A program made the translations under genes and the position numbers. DNA of 64,000 nt, from assembly GCF_006345805.1 (NCBI RefSeq), contig NC_043008.1, positions 54,436,001 through 54,500,000 on the forward strand. Reading direction: 5' to 3'. Origin of the DNA: Octopus sinensis. Taxonomy: Eukaryota. Of this stretch, positions 23,956 through 37,723 are shown piece by piece. The stretch's first letter is position 1, and each line of letters starts with the position of its first letter. Under the pieces are notes generated by a model. It was not told the DNA's origin. It worked only from the letters and a program-made list of their open reading frames with translations, and did no database searches.

Positions 23956-25159
23956 CTGTACAAAGAAAGCAATCAAAAATGTTTTGAAATAAATTTTTAA
24001 GAACAAATCTATTAGAGTTATTAGTCATAATCACTGATTCTTTTATTTGTTTCAGCCATTTGACTGTGTCCATGATGGAGCACTGCCTTGAGGGGTTTTA
24101 GTTGAACAAATCAACTCCAAAACTTATTTTTTAAGTCTAGTAGTTATTCTTTCGGTCTCTTTTGTCAAGTGCCAAGTGGAGGGCAAACACACATACACAA
24201 ACACACACATATATATGATGGGCTTCTTTCAGTTTCCATTTACCGAATCCACTCATAAGGCTTTGCTCAGCTTGAGGCTATAGTAGAGAACACTTCTCCA
24301 AGATGCCATGCAATGGGACTAAACACGGAACCATGTCGTTGGAAAGCAAGCTTCTGATTTCTTTATTGCCCACAAGGGGCTAAACACAGAGGGGACAAAC
24401 AAGGACAGATAAAGGGATTAAGTCGATTACATTGACCCCAGTGCGTAACTGGTACTTAATTTATCAACCCCGAAAGGATGAATGGCAAAGTCAACCTCGG
24501 CAGAATTTGAAATCAGAACATAGCGGCAGACGAAATACTGCTAAGCATTTTGCCCGGCGTGCTAACATTTCTGCCAGCTCACCACCTTACCACACAGCTA
24601 CAGCTATGCCTATAAAATGTTGCCAGCAGGCAGCTATGGAAGTTAAACCTGTACTCCTCACATACCAGCTGAGTACTCTACAATTAAGCTAAACAGCACG
24701 CTCACATGTATGTGTATGCCACTCTATTTGTATCATCATCATCATCGTTTAACGTCCGCTTTCCATGCTAGCATGGGTTGGACGATTTTGACTGAGGGCT
24801 GGCGAACCAGATGGCTGCACCAGGCTCCAGTCTTGATCTGGCAGAGTTTCTACAGCTGGATGCCCTTCCTAACGCCAACCACTCCGAGAGTGTAGCAGGT
24901 GATTTTTATGTGCCACCGGCACGTGGGCCAGTCAGGCAGTACTGGCAATGACCTCACTCGAATCTTTTTACACATGCCAGTGAAGCAACGTTGTGCTTTT
25001 ATGTGTATGTGCGTCTGTCTGTGTACATGTCTCTGTGTGTATGTCGTGTATCATCATCATCATTTAACATCCGTGTTCCATGCTAACATGGGTGGGACGG
25101 TACCGCAAGAGCTGGTGAAGCCGAAGCCTGCACCAGACTTCTGTGACTGTTTTGGCAGG

Positions 25160-25390
25160 ATTTTTACAGCTGGATGCCCTTCCGAACACCAACCGCTCAG
25201 CAGAGCAGACCTAGTGCTTTTATATGGCGCAAGCACAAGCAAGGTCAGTTTTGGCAAGGTTTTTACAGTTGGATGCCCTTCCGAACACCAACCGCTCAGC
25301 AGAGCAGACCTAGTGCTTTTATATGGCACAAGCAAGGTCAGTTTTGGCAAGGTTTTTACAGTTGGATGCCCTTCCGAACACCAATCACTT
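25160..25390. repeat. ~95-100-bp tandem repeat (about 2.4 copies) in an RTE-UTR-like element
   Basis: Repeated TTTTACAG(C/T)TGGATGCCCTTCCGAACACCAA... Confidence 0.85.
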
Positions 25391-26510
25391 TACAGTGTGG
25401 ACTTGATGCGTTTAAGTGGCACCTGTACTGGCAGGGTTACCTAGTACATGCAAGACAAAAACTTCTAAGAGGGGAGGAGGCATTGGAGGAGGTGATGATG
25501 AAAAGGTTATAGTGAGACAGATATAGGTGTCTTGCTGAAGAGGAAGTACAAGGTTACCCGGCCTAAGAGAGAAAGATCAAGGATGAAGACAGAAACAGGT
25601 GTGCTACTGCAAAGAAAATACACAGTTACCCAACCTGTGGGAAGTGCAGGAGAAGGAGAGAGAAAGAGAGTGGGAGACCGCAGGATGGAGATGGTGGAAA
25701 AATACCAGGCATGCTCACAAGGAACGGGGTTCAGAGTATAAATGAGATGGTTGAGTAATGGAAGAGAGAGATACAGATAGTGGCAAGTGCCAGGACACAC
25801 CCTTGAGGTTCAAATGTCATAAGCGAAGGGAGTGCAAGTAAGTGGCAAAAGACCTGGGCATATATATAGTTGGAGGAGCTACTGGATAGCAATGATACAG
25901 AGGAACAGGGGTGTGAGGACAGGATTAGGGAGTGAGAGCTAGGCATAGTGAATGAAGGAGGAAATGCGAGAAAGAGATGTAAATTGGTTTGTTGGGGTAG
26001 GGTGAGGGAAAAATTTGCTTGTTACATGTGGGTGGAACACCCAGGTCGGGGGCCAGCAGGTGGCAATAATAGAGTGAGACACACAGGTAGAATGCACAGG
26101 TTGGGGACAAGCAGAGAGCAATGATATAGTGACACTGGACACACACACACATACATATAAGTATATCCATCTGTGTGTGTCTTTGTATTTGTCCCCCCCA
26201 CAACCACTTGACAACTGCTGTTGGTGTGTGTGTGTCCCTATAACTTAGTGATTCAGCAAAAGAGACCGATAGAATAAGTACTAGGCTTGGGGTTCGATTC
26301 ATTCAACTAAAAATTCAAAGTGATGCTCCAGCATGACCACAGTCTAATGACTGAAACAAGAAAAGGATAATAAAAAGATAAAAGATACATACAGATATAT
26401 AGGTATATACACACACAAATATTGAAGCACATACGGAGAGAGAACACATACACATATACAGACACACACAGACACAGACACATAAACAGAAACACATATC
26501 CACAGATCTA

Positions 26511-27861
26511 TGAGGTGGTATCGAAGAGTTCCCGGACTTGTTATCTTTATTAAAAAAATAACTTATTTAGCTAAGTTTTAACATCAACTCCTTCAAAATA
26601 GTCACCTTGCACAGCAATACACTCATCCCAGCAATTCTACCACTTTTAGAATCTCTGGCCAGGAAGACATCTTTTGTAAGTGAGTTGAGGACTTTCTGCA
26701 ATTTGCACAGGATCTCAGCAACAGTGTTAAGATGGTCACCTTTGAGCTGCATTTTCATTTTATGGAAGTCTGTAGGTGCTAAATCTGGTGAATAGGTCAG
26801 GTGCAGAAGTGGTACTATGTTGTTTTTGGCAAGAAACTCACGAGTGAAGAGAGCCCAGTAACAGGGTACGTTGTCGTCGTGAAGAATCCAGACATTAGGA
26901 TTGCCCTCATAGACCCATACGACACACCAACAACATCAGTAACATCACTGATTGTCCCCTGAAGATCCTCATGCCCAAGCCGGTGAATTTTCTCCACATT
27001 TCTGGGGGTGGTGCTCATGGCAGATCTTCTAGGCCATTCATTGTTTTCCAGAGATGTCCTTCTGCTTTTGAAGCCTCCATGCCACTCAAAACATTGCATA
27101 CAACCAATTGCCTTTGTTGTGTGGACGCCCCCAGACGATGAAGTAGACTAGCCCAATACGTAGATATAGAGGGAGAAGTCTAAGACATCAAGGGTAGCAG
27201 TAGAAAGTCAAAGTTGAGTAGTAGAGGCATCCGAACGTGCAACCTAACAGTGGCGACGAGGATTTCGTAACTCACACAACCACTGTGTAGTATTGCAACA
27301 TAGCAGCCTTGTTGCTGTAAGTTTGCTGAAGCATGTTCAACGTCTCTGTAGCAGACTTCCCAAGTTTAACACAAAATTTCACGTTGCCTCTTAGTCCCAA
27401 CTTCCTACCTATAACATAATCACAGACTGCAGCATACACGTGATCACAAAAACACAAATCTCACAAAATACAAAGTAAACACAGTGATGTCTCACATCAC
27501 ACTGCCTCACATGGATCACTGCTAGCTCCCACTGCACACACACAAAGGCGGCGAGCTGGCAGAAACGTTAGCACGCCGGGCAAAATGCTTAGTGGTATTT
27601 CGTCTGCCGCTATGTTCTGAGTTCAAATTCCGCCGAGGTCGACTTTGTCTTTCATCCTTTCGGGGTCGATTAAATAAGTACCAGTTACGCACTGGGGTCG
27701 ATCTAATCGACTTAATCCGTTTGTCTGTCCTTGTTTGTCCTCTCTGTGTTTAGCCCCTTGTGGGTAGTAACGAAATAGTTCCCACTGCACACACACAACC
27801 ATGCACTGCCATCTGTTGGCACGCTACAGAACTAGTCTGGGAACTTTTCGATACCACCTTG
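26511..27861 (-). mobile_element. Internally deleted mariner relic with 28-bp TIRs, TA flanks and nested insertions
   Basis: TIRs match at 24/28; KFCVKLGKSATETL, CFEWH..FK..R.SLE, WILH.DN, YSPDLAP, KMQLKG motifs; region containing the first catalytic Asp is missing. Confidence 0.9.
27115..27263 (+). mobile_element. LTR retrotransposon 5' fragment: ~135-bp TGT...ACA LTR plus primer-binding site
   Basis: TGGCGACGAGGAT (27251-27263) is complementary to the tRNA-Ser(GCU) 3' end ...AUCCUCGUCGCCA (sequence from memory). Confidence 0.65.
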
Positions 27862-27894
27862 TATATATAAAAGTTGAAACTGTCACTACTATAC

Positions 27895-28067
27895 CATATG
27901 TTGCATGTATGTAGCAGGTGCACAACTGAGACACAGATCTGGAGTCGATTAAAGCCGTCCTTCCTTTGTCTGTCATACAAACAGCTGTTAAACAGTCGTA
28001 GCAACTATCAATCATGGATTTGAACTCTCCTTCTGTCAGTTCGTTGTCATCCTGTGTTTGCTCGATA
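27895..28067 (-). CDS. NCDN: Neurochondrin exon 5
   Basis: IEQTQDDNELTEGEFKSMIDSCYDCLTAVCMTDKGRTALIDSRSVSQLCTCYIHATY (human SMIDDTYQCLTAVAGTPRG); 173 nt. Confidence 0.93.
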
Positions 28068-29300
28068 CTGCAGGAAAGAAATTTTATAACATGTAACTTT
28101 TCTACCATTACAATTACAATGGAATATATACGGAAATAGACATATAACACTTATGGCCTTCATTGACTTGGAGAAAGTATTTGACAGGATAGCATGTATG
28201 GAAATCTGGTGTAGGTATGTGTGTGTGTATACACAGACACAAACACACACACACTCATGTAAATATACCATAGATGGTGATAAACAGAAGTGTGGTTCAT
28301 GGTGGTGAGAAAGACATGTTGTTGTTGTTGGTGGTGGTGGTAAACAGAAATGTTAAGGCGGCGAGCTGGCAGAATCGTTAACAGGCCAGGCAAATTGCGT
28401 AGCCATATTTCATCTGCCGTTATGTTCTGAGTTCAAATTCCGCCGAGGTCGACTTTGCCTTTCATCCTTTCGGGGTCGATTAAATAAGTACCAGTTATGC
28501 ACTGGGGTCGATATAATCAACTTAATCCATTTGTCTGTCCTTGTTTGTCCCCTGTATGTTTAGCCCCTTGCGGGTAGTAGAGAAATAAGTAAACAGAAAT
28601 GTAGTAAGTTAGTAGTGGTGGTGATGGTGGTGACAAAGTAGGGTTGTTGGAGGAGGGACTGCTTATCATCATCATAATTTAATGTCTGTTTTCCATGCTT
28701 TGCTGGGACAGTTTGACAAGAGCTGGCAAACCAGAGGGGTGCACCAAACCCTACAGTCTGCTTTGGCATGGTTTCTATGGCTGGGTGCTCTTCCTAATAC
28801 CAACCATTTTACAGAGTCTCATCATCATCATCGCTTAACGTCCGCTTTCCATGCTAGCATGGGTTGGACGATTTGACTGAGGTCTGGCGAACCAGATGGC
28901 TGCACCAGGCTCCAATCTGATCTGGCAGAGTTTCTACAGCTGGATGCCCTTCCTAATGCCAGCCACTCCGAGAGTGTAGTGGGTACTTTTATGTGCCACT
29001 GGCACGAGACCGTCTATAGGATGGTTTTTCTTTATGTGGCACCAACATCAGTGAGGCCACCAAGTAACTTGCAAGACAAGGCCCATCTTGACTGAGGTGA
29101 GGTTGTAGTACTGAGGGACAGAAAGCAGAATCTTGCATTAGAGGGGAAACTTGATTGCCTGAGGTAGTGAGAGAGAGAGATGAAAATGTGAAAGGGAAGT
29201 GGGGGGAGGTTCTGACTAAGTGAACTGGGTATTAGAGAGGTTGAGTGAGTGAGTGGGGAGGATGAATGGGTGTGTGAGTAAAACAAAATACATCACTTAC

Positions 29301-29365
29301 TTGAGACAAGAGACGAGGACATCTATTATGAGTGGGACAGAGGTCAACATCCGAGGATCTTCCTT
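29301..29365 (-). CDS. NCDN: Neurochondrin exon 4
   Basis: KEDPRMLTSVPLIIDVLVSCL; 65 nt, phase 0 to 2, gtaagt donor. Confidence 0.88.
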
Positions 29366-29953
29366 CTGGAATTAAAAAACAGAAATATATGGCAACAAAA
29401 GGCATTCACGTAATTCCTTTATTAGTTCTTATCTTACACAGATAAATACAAGGGTTCAGAATTGTAAGAGTTCGGCTTTACCTTTCAGGGATTGCAATTC
29501 CCCACAAACTTCTGACCTTTGTGCCTATGTCAGAAATTATTATTATTATTATTATTATTAGGTGGTGAGCTGGGAGAATCATTAGCATGTCAGACAAAAT
29601 GCTACTAAGCATTTTTGTGTTCAAATTCCACCAAGGCTAAATTTGTCCTTTGCCCTATCAAGATCAATGAAATATGTACCAGTTAAGAACAGAGGGTTCA
29701 TGTACTCGACTATCCCCCCTCGCACAAATTATCAAGCCTTGTGCCTTGAGTAGAAAGGATTAAAGGCAACAAGTTAGCATGCCAGGCATTTTATCCATCT
29801 TTACATTCTGAGTTCAAATTCTGCTGATGTCAACTTTGTCTTTTATCCTTTCAGGGCTGATAAAATAAGTTTTAGTTGAGCACAGGGGTTGATGCAATTA
29901 AACTTACTCTTTTCCCTGGAATTGCTGGCCTTGTGCCAAAATTTGAAACCATG

Positions 29954-29992
<39 letters not shown>

Positions 29993-30752
29993 GAGTGAGA
30001 GAGCAGTGCATGCCATCAAAGTGACACTAGGGTAAAATATACAAAGCCCATATACCCATCATGAATACCCATCTGATAAGGGTGCACCAGGCATGTGCAT
30101 CACAACCATATGTGCACGACATTGTGATCTCATATCAAGATGAGCAGCACATGACCTTACAGGTGGGGCTCAGTTAGAATTTTCTTCTGGTCAAGTAACC
30201 CATCCCGCTCAAAAGGTCCTTGAATAAGGATTGTTTAAGGATGTTGAACGAACCACCCATGTTTCCAAAGGTGAATTATCCAAACCTCCAAGAATTCCTT
30301 TCAACACACGGCTGTGATGCTCCCCTAATACTCCTGCTCGTGATCAAAGATGCACTTATCGTCAGCCACTAAGGGACATGCTCAACTGGTTAAGGTCAAA
30401 CAACTGACAAGCAAATCTGTGGTATTGAGCAGAATATTTGCTGTAGCCCATCTTTCATACCAAGACAAAACAATGTATTATTATCATTATTATTATTATT
30501 ATCACCATCAGCATCTACAAATTTAGCACTGAGAATCTTTAAGATATAAAAGGGGTTTTCACTGAATGGTGAATAAAATTTACAATTATAGTCATGAAGT
30601 TTGCACTTTAAACTATCTTTAAAATAAGAGCTATGCCATTCTTCACGTCCTAAATATTAGGACAAAAAATACCAACAATACGTACAGTACGACCTAGGGG
30701 GAACAGGACAAAAAAAAAATCACATAATATAGTAGCACTAACAGAGACTTAC

Positions 30753-30838
30753 CACTTCTTGTAGTCCAGAGAAACTGGAAAGAATGGTGAGAGACAAAGA
30801 CTTATAGATGTAGTTACTGCATCCTTCAGGTACTGTAG
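30753..30838 (-). CDS. NCDN: Neurochondrin exon 3
   Basis: (A)TVPEGCSNYIYKSLSLTILSSFSGLQEV (human [21 protein letters not shown]); 86 nt, gtaagt donor. Confidence 0.92.
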
Positions 30839-32572
30839 CTGAAAAGATAAACATCAGAGTTGAGAATAAACCTAGAACGAGATTATGAAATAAGCATTGT
30901 TTTAACATCTACTTTTTCATGCTTGTATGGATCAGACAGAGTTTATTGAGACAGACTTTCTTTGGCTGGATGCCTTTCCTGTTGCCAACCCTCAATTGTT
31001 TTGAAACAAAGCAATATTTTCCCATGGCCAAACATGTTCACGTTTTGGCACAAGGCCAGCAGAATATTGGAAATGAAAGAAACAGCTTATATGACAGTGA
31101 CAATCATTTTACAACTCTCGTGCAATGTCAGGACAAGGAAATACAAGCAGACATTCACTCATCAAACACACACAGAGACAAGCTTCTTTCAGTTTCCATC
31201 TTTCAGATTCACTCATAAAGTTTTTTGATCGACCTAGGGCTATAGTAGAAAGCACTTGTCCAAAGTGTTATGACACATTGAGACTGAAACCAGAACCATG
31301 TGTTTGGGAAATAAACTTCTTACCACCCGGCCAAATAGTGGTCTACGTAACCCATGGAGTTGTAGGAATCTAATGAAGCCTTCATATAAAGTATCTAAGG
31401 GCAGTAAGATAACCTGATAGGATATAATTCTGACCCAGGCTGTACAGGGAGACAACTTTTACACCCTGAACACATAAAATAATTCTCACGTAATTATTCA
31501 TCATCATCATCGTTTAACGTCCGCTTTCCATGCTAGCATGGGTTGAACGATTTGACTGAGGACTGACAAACCAGATGGCTGCATCAGGCTCCAGGTCTAA
31601 TCTGGCAGAGTTTCTACAGCTGGATGCTCTTCCTAATGCCTACCACTCTGAGAGTGTAGTGGGTGCTTTTACATGCCACTGGCAAGAGGGCCAGTCCTAC
31701 GGCACTGGCAATGACCTCGCTCAAATGTTTTTTTCACGTAATTATTATGAAAATTAAGACTATTTTCTATCATTGATTGTAATTACGGTCATAATAAACA
31801 ATGTAGGTACAAGATGGTTGAGCAGACATTGAGTTGGACAACATGCTCATAGGCTATGAGTTCAAATCTGTACAAGGAATTTCTTTAAGTTTCTCAGTAA
31901 AAACACTCCATTCTAAAAGGCTTTCAAACAACTTGCTAAGCAACATGTCTTGGTGTTGATCTTCCATTATAATTTCATTTACATCTAAGACGCTTTATGG
32001 GAATATTCAATGTATTCCAGTATTTGAGTGGTACTTTATTTTATTGACCTTGGAAGAAAGAAAGATAAATTTTGAACCTCACCAAGATTTGAACTGAGAA
32101 CGTAAAGGACAATTACCAAATGCAGCAGGTATTTTGTCCAATTCTCTAATGATTTTGCCAATCTATTAATTGCTGACATGGGTAAGTGAGCTTGTAATAA
32201 GTTAACCAAGGTAAAATTGAGGCCACAAAGGCAAGTGACAAAGGCATGTCACTTGTGTCCAGGTTCCTGACAAAACCTCTCCATCATAACCCAAACACCT
32301 CCACCCATGTTCACCACTCCCTCTATTTCTCTCCCCTCTACCTACCACTCTCACTTCACATCCTCACAAACCTACCTTCACACAATGTATCCCTGTCGAA
32401 TCCCTTCCCCACAACACACCCTCCTAACACCCCGCCTCTACTTGTGTCCACTCACTTCAGTATCTCCCCTTTCGCACTCTCATAAAAATACCCACTCACC
32501 CTATCCAATCCTTGGTTCCATGTCATATGCACCCAGCTTTAACTTGGCTGGAAACAAATGTGATCAAAACAA

Positions 32573-33212
32573 ACCATTTCTTTACAAAGGTTGCACATGC
32601 CAAGAACCCTAAACCTGCTTCCATAGTGGGCTGCAAGCAAATGATACCATTTACAAGTGAGTGAAATGGATGTGCAGACAAGTGGTAAATATAAATTCAG
32701 GCAACCATGCATATCATCATCATCATTTAATGACCAATTTTTTCCATGTTTGCATGGATTGCAGAGAATTTACTGAAGCGGGTTTTCTTTGGCTAGATGA
32801 ATTTCCTGTCACTAACCCTCAAATGTTTCCGAGCAAAGTAATGCTTCTCCATCACCAGACAGAAGACAGGAAATACCTACCTACACACACACATATACAA
32901 TAGGCTTCTTTCAGTTTCCATCTACCAGGTCCACTCACAAGGCTTTAGTCAGCCTGGAGCTTTAGTAGAAGACACTTGCTCAAGGTGCCTTGCAAGGCAG
33001 CAAGCTGGCAGAATCGTTAGCATGCCGGACGAAATGCTTAGCGGTATTTCGTCTGCCGCTACGTTCTGAGTTCAAATTCTGCCGAGGTCGACTTTGCCAT
33101 TCATCCTTTCGGGGTCGATAAATTAAGTACCAGTTACGCACTGAGGTCGATGTAATTGACTTAATCCGTTTGTCTGTCCTTGTTTGTCCCTTCTGTGTTT
33201 AGCCCCTTGTGA
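32573..33212 (+). repeat. 640-bp direct repeat, copy 1
   Basis: Matches 34851-35490 at offset 2278; one substitution seen. Confidence 0.92.
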
Positions 33213-33521
33213 GTAGTAAAGAAACAGGTATTTCGTCTGCCACTACGTTCTGAGTTCGAATTCTGCCGAGGTCGACTTTGCCATTCATCCTTTCGGGGTC
33301 GATAAATTAAGTACCAGTTACGCACTGGGGTCGATGTAATTGACTTAATCCGTTTGTCTGTCCTTGTTTGTCCCTTCTGTGTTTAGCCCCTTGTGGGTAG
33401 TAAAGATATAGGTGCCTTGCAGTGAGACTGAACACAAAATCACTTGGTTGGGAAGAGAACTTCTTAACTAGAAGCCATTTAATAATTAACAATTAACAGA
33501 GATGACTGTGTGTTGTCTTAC

Positions 33522-33621
33522 CTGTACGTAGCAGCCGAACAAGAAACTTGAATCCAATTGCCTCAAAGAGTATCTTTTGTGCCTGCAAATTACATTCGTC
33601 AGCCTTGATCAGTTTGGTTAC
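33522..33621 (-). CDS. NCDN: Neurochondrin exon 2
   Basis: VTKLIKADECNLQAQKILFEAIGFKFLVRLLRT (human VTKAVKAGD...IFDAVGFTFPNRLL); AG/GT, 100 nt. Confidence 0.95.
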
Positions 33622-34610
33622 CTAAAAAATAAAACAAGAAGAATATAGAACTGAGAAGATATAATCCAAAGAGAACTCTTTGGTCTGACAGGCAACAAGG
33701 CAGCTACTCTAGCACCACTGCCACATTAAAATGCATCCAGTACACCCTGTATTTGATTGGTGTTAGAAAGGGTATCCAGCTGAAGAAATCTTGCCAAAAT
33801 GTACAAGAAGACATGGCCCTTTAACCATACCAAGAAAAGCAGGTACTTCAAATAAGGACTGGTTCAGATCATGATGACCCAACCAGCTGTGCCAAATACT
33901 ATTAATACAATGGTTTTTTATATATGAAAGCGCTGGCATGGCTGTATGTATGTATGCGCACACACCATTTTTCTTTCTTTTTTTTTTTTGCATATAATTC
34001 AGATATAATCGTAATCTACAACATCTGAAAGGTATTTGTAGAAAATCTCTCTAAAAAATATCCATTATCTGTAAATTATGAAGAATCAAAGTTGAGAAGT
34101 CATAACTGTATATGTATGCATATGCTACTGGCATCTGTGCTAGTGGAGCGCTAAGAGTACCATCCGAGCGCGATCGTTACCGGAGCAGCTAACTGGCTTC
34201 CGTGCCTGTGGCACATAAAAAGCACCATTCGAGCATGAGCATTACCAGCGTCGCCTTACTGGCACTTGTGCCGGTGGCATGTGAAAAAACATTCAAGCGT
34301 GGTCGTTGCCAGTGCCACTGGACTAGCCCCTATGCAGGTGGCACGTAAAAACCACAATTTGAGCGTGGCCATTGCCAGTACCGCCTGACTGGCCCTCTTA
34401 CCGGTAGCATGTAAAAGCACCCACTACACTCTCGGAGTGGTTGGCATTAGGAAGGGCATCCAACTGTAGAAACTCTACCAGATCATGATTGGAGTGTGGT
34501 GCAGCCATCTGGTTCGCCAGTCCTCAATCAAATCGTCCAACCCATGCTAGCATGGAAAGCAGACGTTAAATGATGATGATGATACACACCTATACAGCTG
34601 TGCATTGCCA

Positions 34611-34643
<33 letters not shown>

Positions 34644-34850
34644 AATAAATATATATTGAGAGAGGGAGAGAACAAATAATGAGGGATTGTCAATCCAGGC
34701 ATAATATTTCATAAGTTCTGACGAAAGTAGCAATAATTTTCTTAGGTCTTTCAATTTACCTGAATTGATCAACAGACCAATTGAGTAAACCTATCTATAA
34801 TGACTACTGAAAACAGCTGTTAGCTAAATTTGCTCTAATAACCGAATTAT

Positions 34851-35490
34851 ACCATTTCTTTACAAAGGTTGCACATGCCAAGAACCCTAAACCTGCTTCC
34901 ATAGTGGGCTGCAAGCAAATGATACCATTTACAAGTGAGTGAAATGGATGTGCAGACAAGTGGTAAATATAAATTCAGGCAACCATGCATATCATCATCA
35001 TCATTTAATGACCAATTTTTTCCATGTTTGCATGGATTGCAGAGAATTTACTGAAGCGGGTTTTCTTTGGCTAGATGAATTTCCTGTCATTAACCCTCAA
35101 ATGTTTCCGAGCAAAGTAATGCTTCTCCATCACCAGACAGAAGACAGGAAATACCTACCTACACACACACATATACAATAGGCTTCTTTCAGTTTCCATC
35201 TACCAGGTCCACTCACAAGGCTTTAGTCAGCCTGGAGCTTTAGTAGAAGACACTTGCTCAAGGTGCCTTGCAAGGCAGCAAGCTGGCAGAATCGTTAGCA
35301 TGCCGGACGAAATGCTTAGCGGTATTTCGTCTGCCGCTACGTTCTGAGTTCAAATTCTGCCGAGGTCGACTTTGCCATTCATCCTTTCGGGGTCGATAAA
35401 TTAAGTACCAGTTACGCACTGAGGTCGATGTAATTGACTTAATCCGTTTGTCTGTCCTTGTTTGTCCCTTCTGTGTTTAGCCCCTTGTGA
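34851..35490 (+). repeat. 640-bp direct repeat, copy 2
   Basis: Starts with ACCATT and is followed by TG-ACCATT. Confidence 0.92.
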
Positions 35491-35513
35491 TGACCATTAT
35501 TTTAACTTGTCTC

Positions 35514-35617
<104 letters not shown>

Positions 35618-36485
35618 ATATACACACCTATACAATTGTGCTAACACAAACATATATATATATATATCAGCCGAAATTGCGAGGATGATCCGGTTCTTGA
35701 CTGAAGATTAAAGGCTTTGAATGGCACGTCCGTGTTTTTTGTATCGTCTATCTGGAAGTTTTGCGTTCTTGTCCCATTTTGTACTTATATATATATATAT
35801 ATATAAGCATATTGAGGTCTTGAGCGTGGGAACATGAAAACTTGTCTCATATATATATATATATACACACACACATTCCTATACAATTTATTTTTCCGAA
35901 CATATATATATATATATAAAGCATATTGAGATCTTGGGCGTGGAAATATGACAATATTTTGTTCGCTAAAACATATTTTAACTGGTGAAAAAATACTGCG
36001 ACACTTATTTTTTAAGTTTCCAGAATCAATAATGAAATAAATATGAAAACAATATCGTAATAATTAATGTCTTCATATAAAAATAATCATAGATTTACTC
36101 AAGTATTCTGTAACAAAACGCAGGCATCATCTACGAAATTTCACTCGTAAAGGAATCGCCAAGTGGTATCGAACTCGGAATTACAAAGTTGTTTGGCAAA
36201 CTTAGGAACCGCAGACAATCCGAGACAACAAACTATGATACAAAATTAGTAACAAATATTTCTTTTATACATACAATCATTTAGTTTTTACTGTAAATAC
36301 TGTAAGGTTTCATTCGACTCGACTTATATACTACATGTGCGCCGATACAGAGTAAACCAGAGTAAACAAGGGAATTTACACCAGATGAAGGGATTACAGT
36401 GCAATAAATACATATACTGCCTAGTATACGAGACAGACTTTCCACAGGTATACTAATAAGATTTTGAAAATTTACCTGAATATTT

Positions 36486-36691
36486 GGCGTAACTTCGGTA
36501 TAGGTATCGGAAGTACCGGATACATTTCAAGAAAGTGTTGTTTTTTTTTTATATATATGGGGGGTTAGGGTTAGAGTTTAGGGTTAGGGATTGGGTTAGG
36601 GTTAGGGGTGGGAGAAAAAGGGTTTCTGTTGTCTTCAGAAATGTAAAGAAAGCCACTTCCGGTATTACGGTACCTATACCGAAAGATCGCC
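36486..36691. mobile_element. Merlin-like MITE with internal TTAGGG tract
   Basis: 8-bp TSD GAATATTT, GG termini, TIR GGCG...TTCGGTATAGGTA. Confidence 0.75.
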
Positions 36692-36810
36692 GAATATTTT
36701 TGATTTACTTCAATTGAATAAATTTAATCGTAACAAGGAAAGATGAAAGCAGAGAGAAAAAAAAAGGCGAAGCTCGATATATAATGTAAATAAAAGATGT
36801 TCGTACAAAC

Positions 36811-36936
36811 CATCATTAGTGCAGCCAGCTTTTCGTTGTCGCTGCCAGCTTTTTGCAAAATACAAACACATTTCTCGAGCTGTTTTGTGAAATCTTGCTG
36901 AGAGAGAGACGACGAGTCTTCTTCCACTTCTTCCAT
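36811..36936 (-). CDS. NCDN: Neurochondrin exon 1 (coding part)
   Basis: ATG at 36936; MEEVEEDSSSLSQQDFTKQLEKCVCILQKAGSDNEKLAALMM resembles human [23 protein letters not shown]; gtttgt donor, phase 0. Confidence 0.9.
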
Positions 36937-37420
36937 TGTTAGCAACACTTTTCACAACAAACAACAGGAAGGACACTTAGAGTTATCTCCCTTCTATGCT
37001 CTGCCTGTGAAATGGACATTTCAACTACTTCGTGACACTGAGACGGTGCCGCCGCTACGTTCTGAGTTCAAATTCCGCCGAGGTCGACTTTGCCTTTCAT
37101 CCTTTCGGGGGTCGATTAAATAAATACCAGTTACGCACTGGGGTCGAAATAATTGACTTAATCCGTTTGTCTGTCCTTGTTTGTCCCCTTCTATGTTTTG
37201 CCCCTTGTGGGTAGTAAAGAAATAGGTATTTCGTCTGCCGCTACGTTCTGAGTTCAAATTCTGTCGAGGTCAACTTTGCCTTTCATCCTTTCGGGGTCGA
37301 TTAAATAAGTACCAGTTATGCACTGGAGTCGATATAATCGACTTAATCCGTTTGTCTGTCCTTGTTTCTCCTCTCTGTGTTTAGCCCCTTGTGGGTAGTA
37401 AAGAAATAGGTATTATTCTC

Positions 37421-37723
37421 GGTACTATTTAAGAAGAGTGGTCCCGGTGCGCGCACTCGCGTACACGCGCATCCGCGCTAGCTAGTCGTAACTAGTCGAT
37501 CCTACAACGACTACCTAGCAAAGTAAATAAAACACAACGTAAATAATTTTCTTTACATAACGTAAATATTTTTTTAAGCAAAGTAAATAAAACACAAAAA
37601 CACAAGGTAAATAATTTTTTAAACAGTAAATAAAACAAAAACACAAAGTAAGGATCGACTAGTCACGACTACTAGCGCGAATACGCGAGTGCGCGCACTG
37701 GGACTACTCTTCTAAATAATACC
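37421..37723. mobile_element. Mutator (MULE)-type MITE upstream of NCDN
   Basis: Perfect 9-bp TSD ATTATTCTC (37412-37420, 37724-37732); ~80-bp imperfect CpG-rich TIRs starting GGTA. Confidence 0.85.

Noticed and set aside
35665-35790. GCCGAAA and CTGAAGA motifs suggesting a second hammerhead
   Set aside because: Order implies type II, but stems I and III do not pair; at most a Penelope-like fragment
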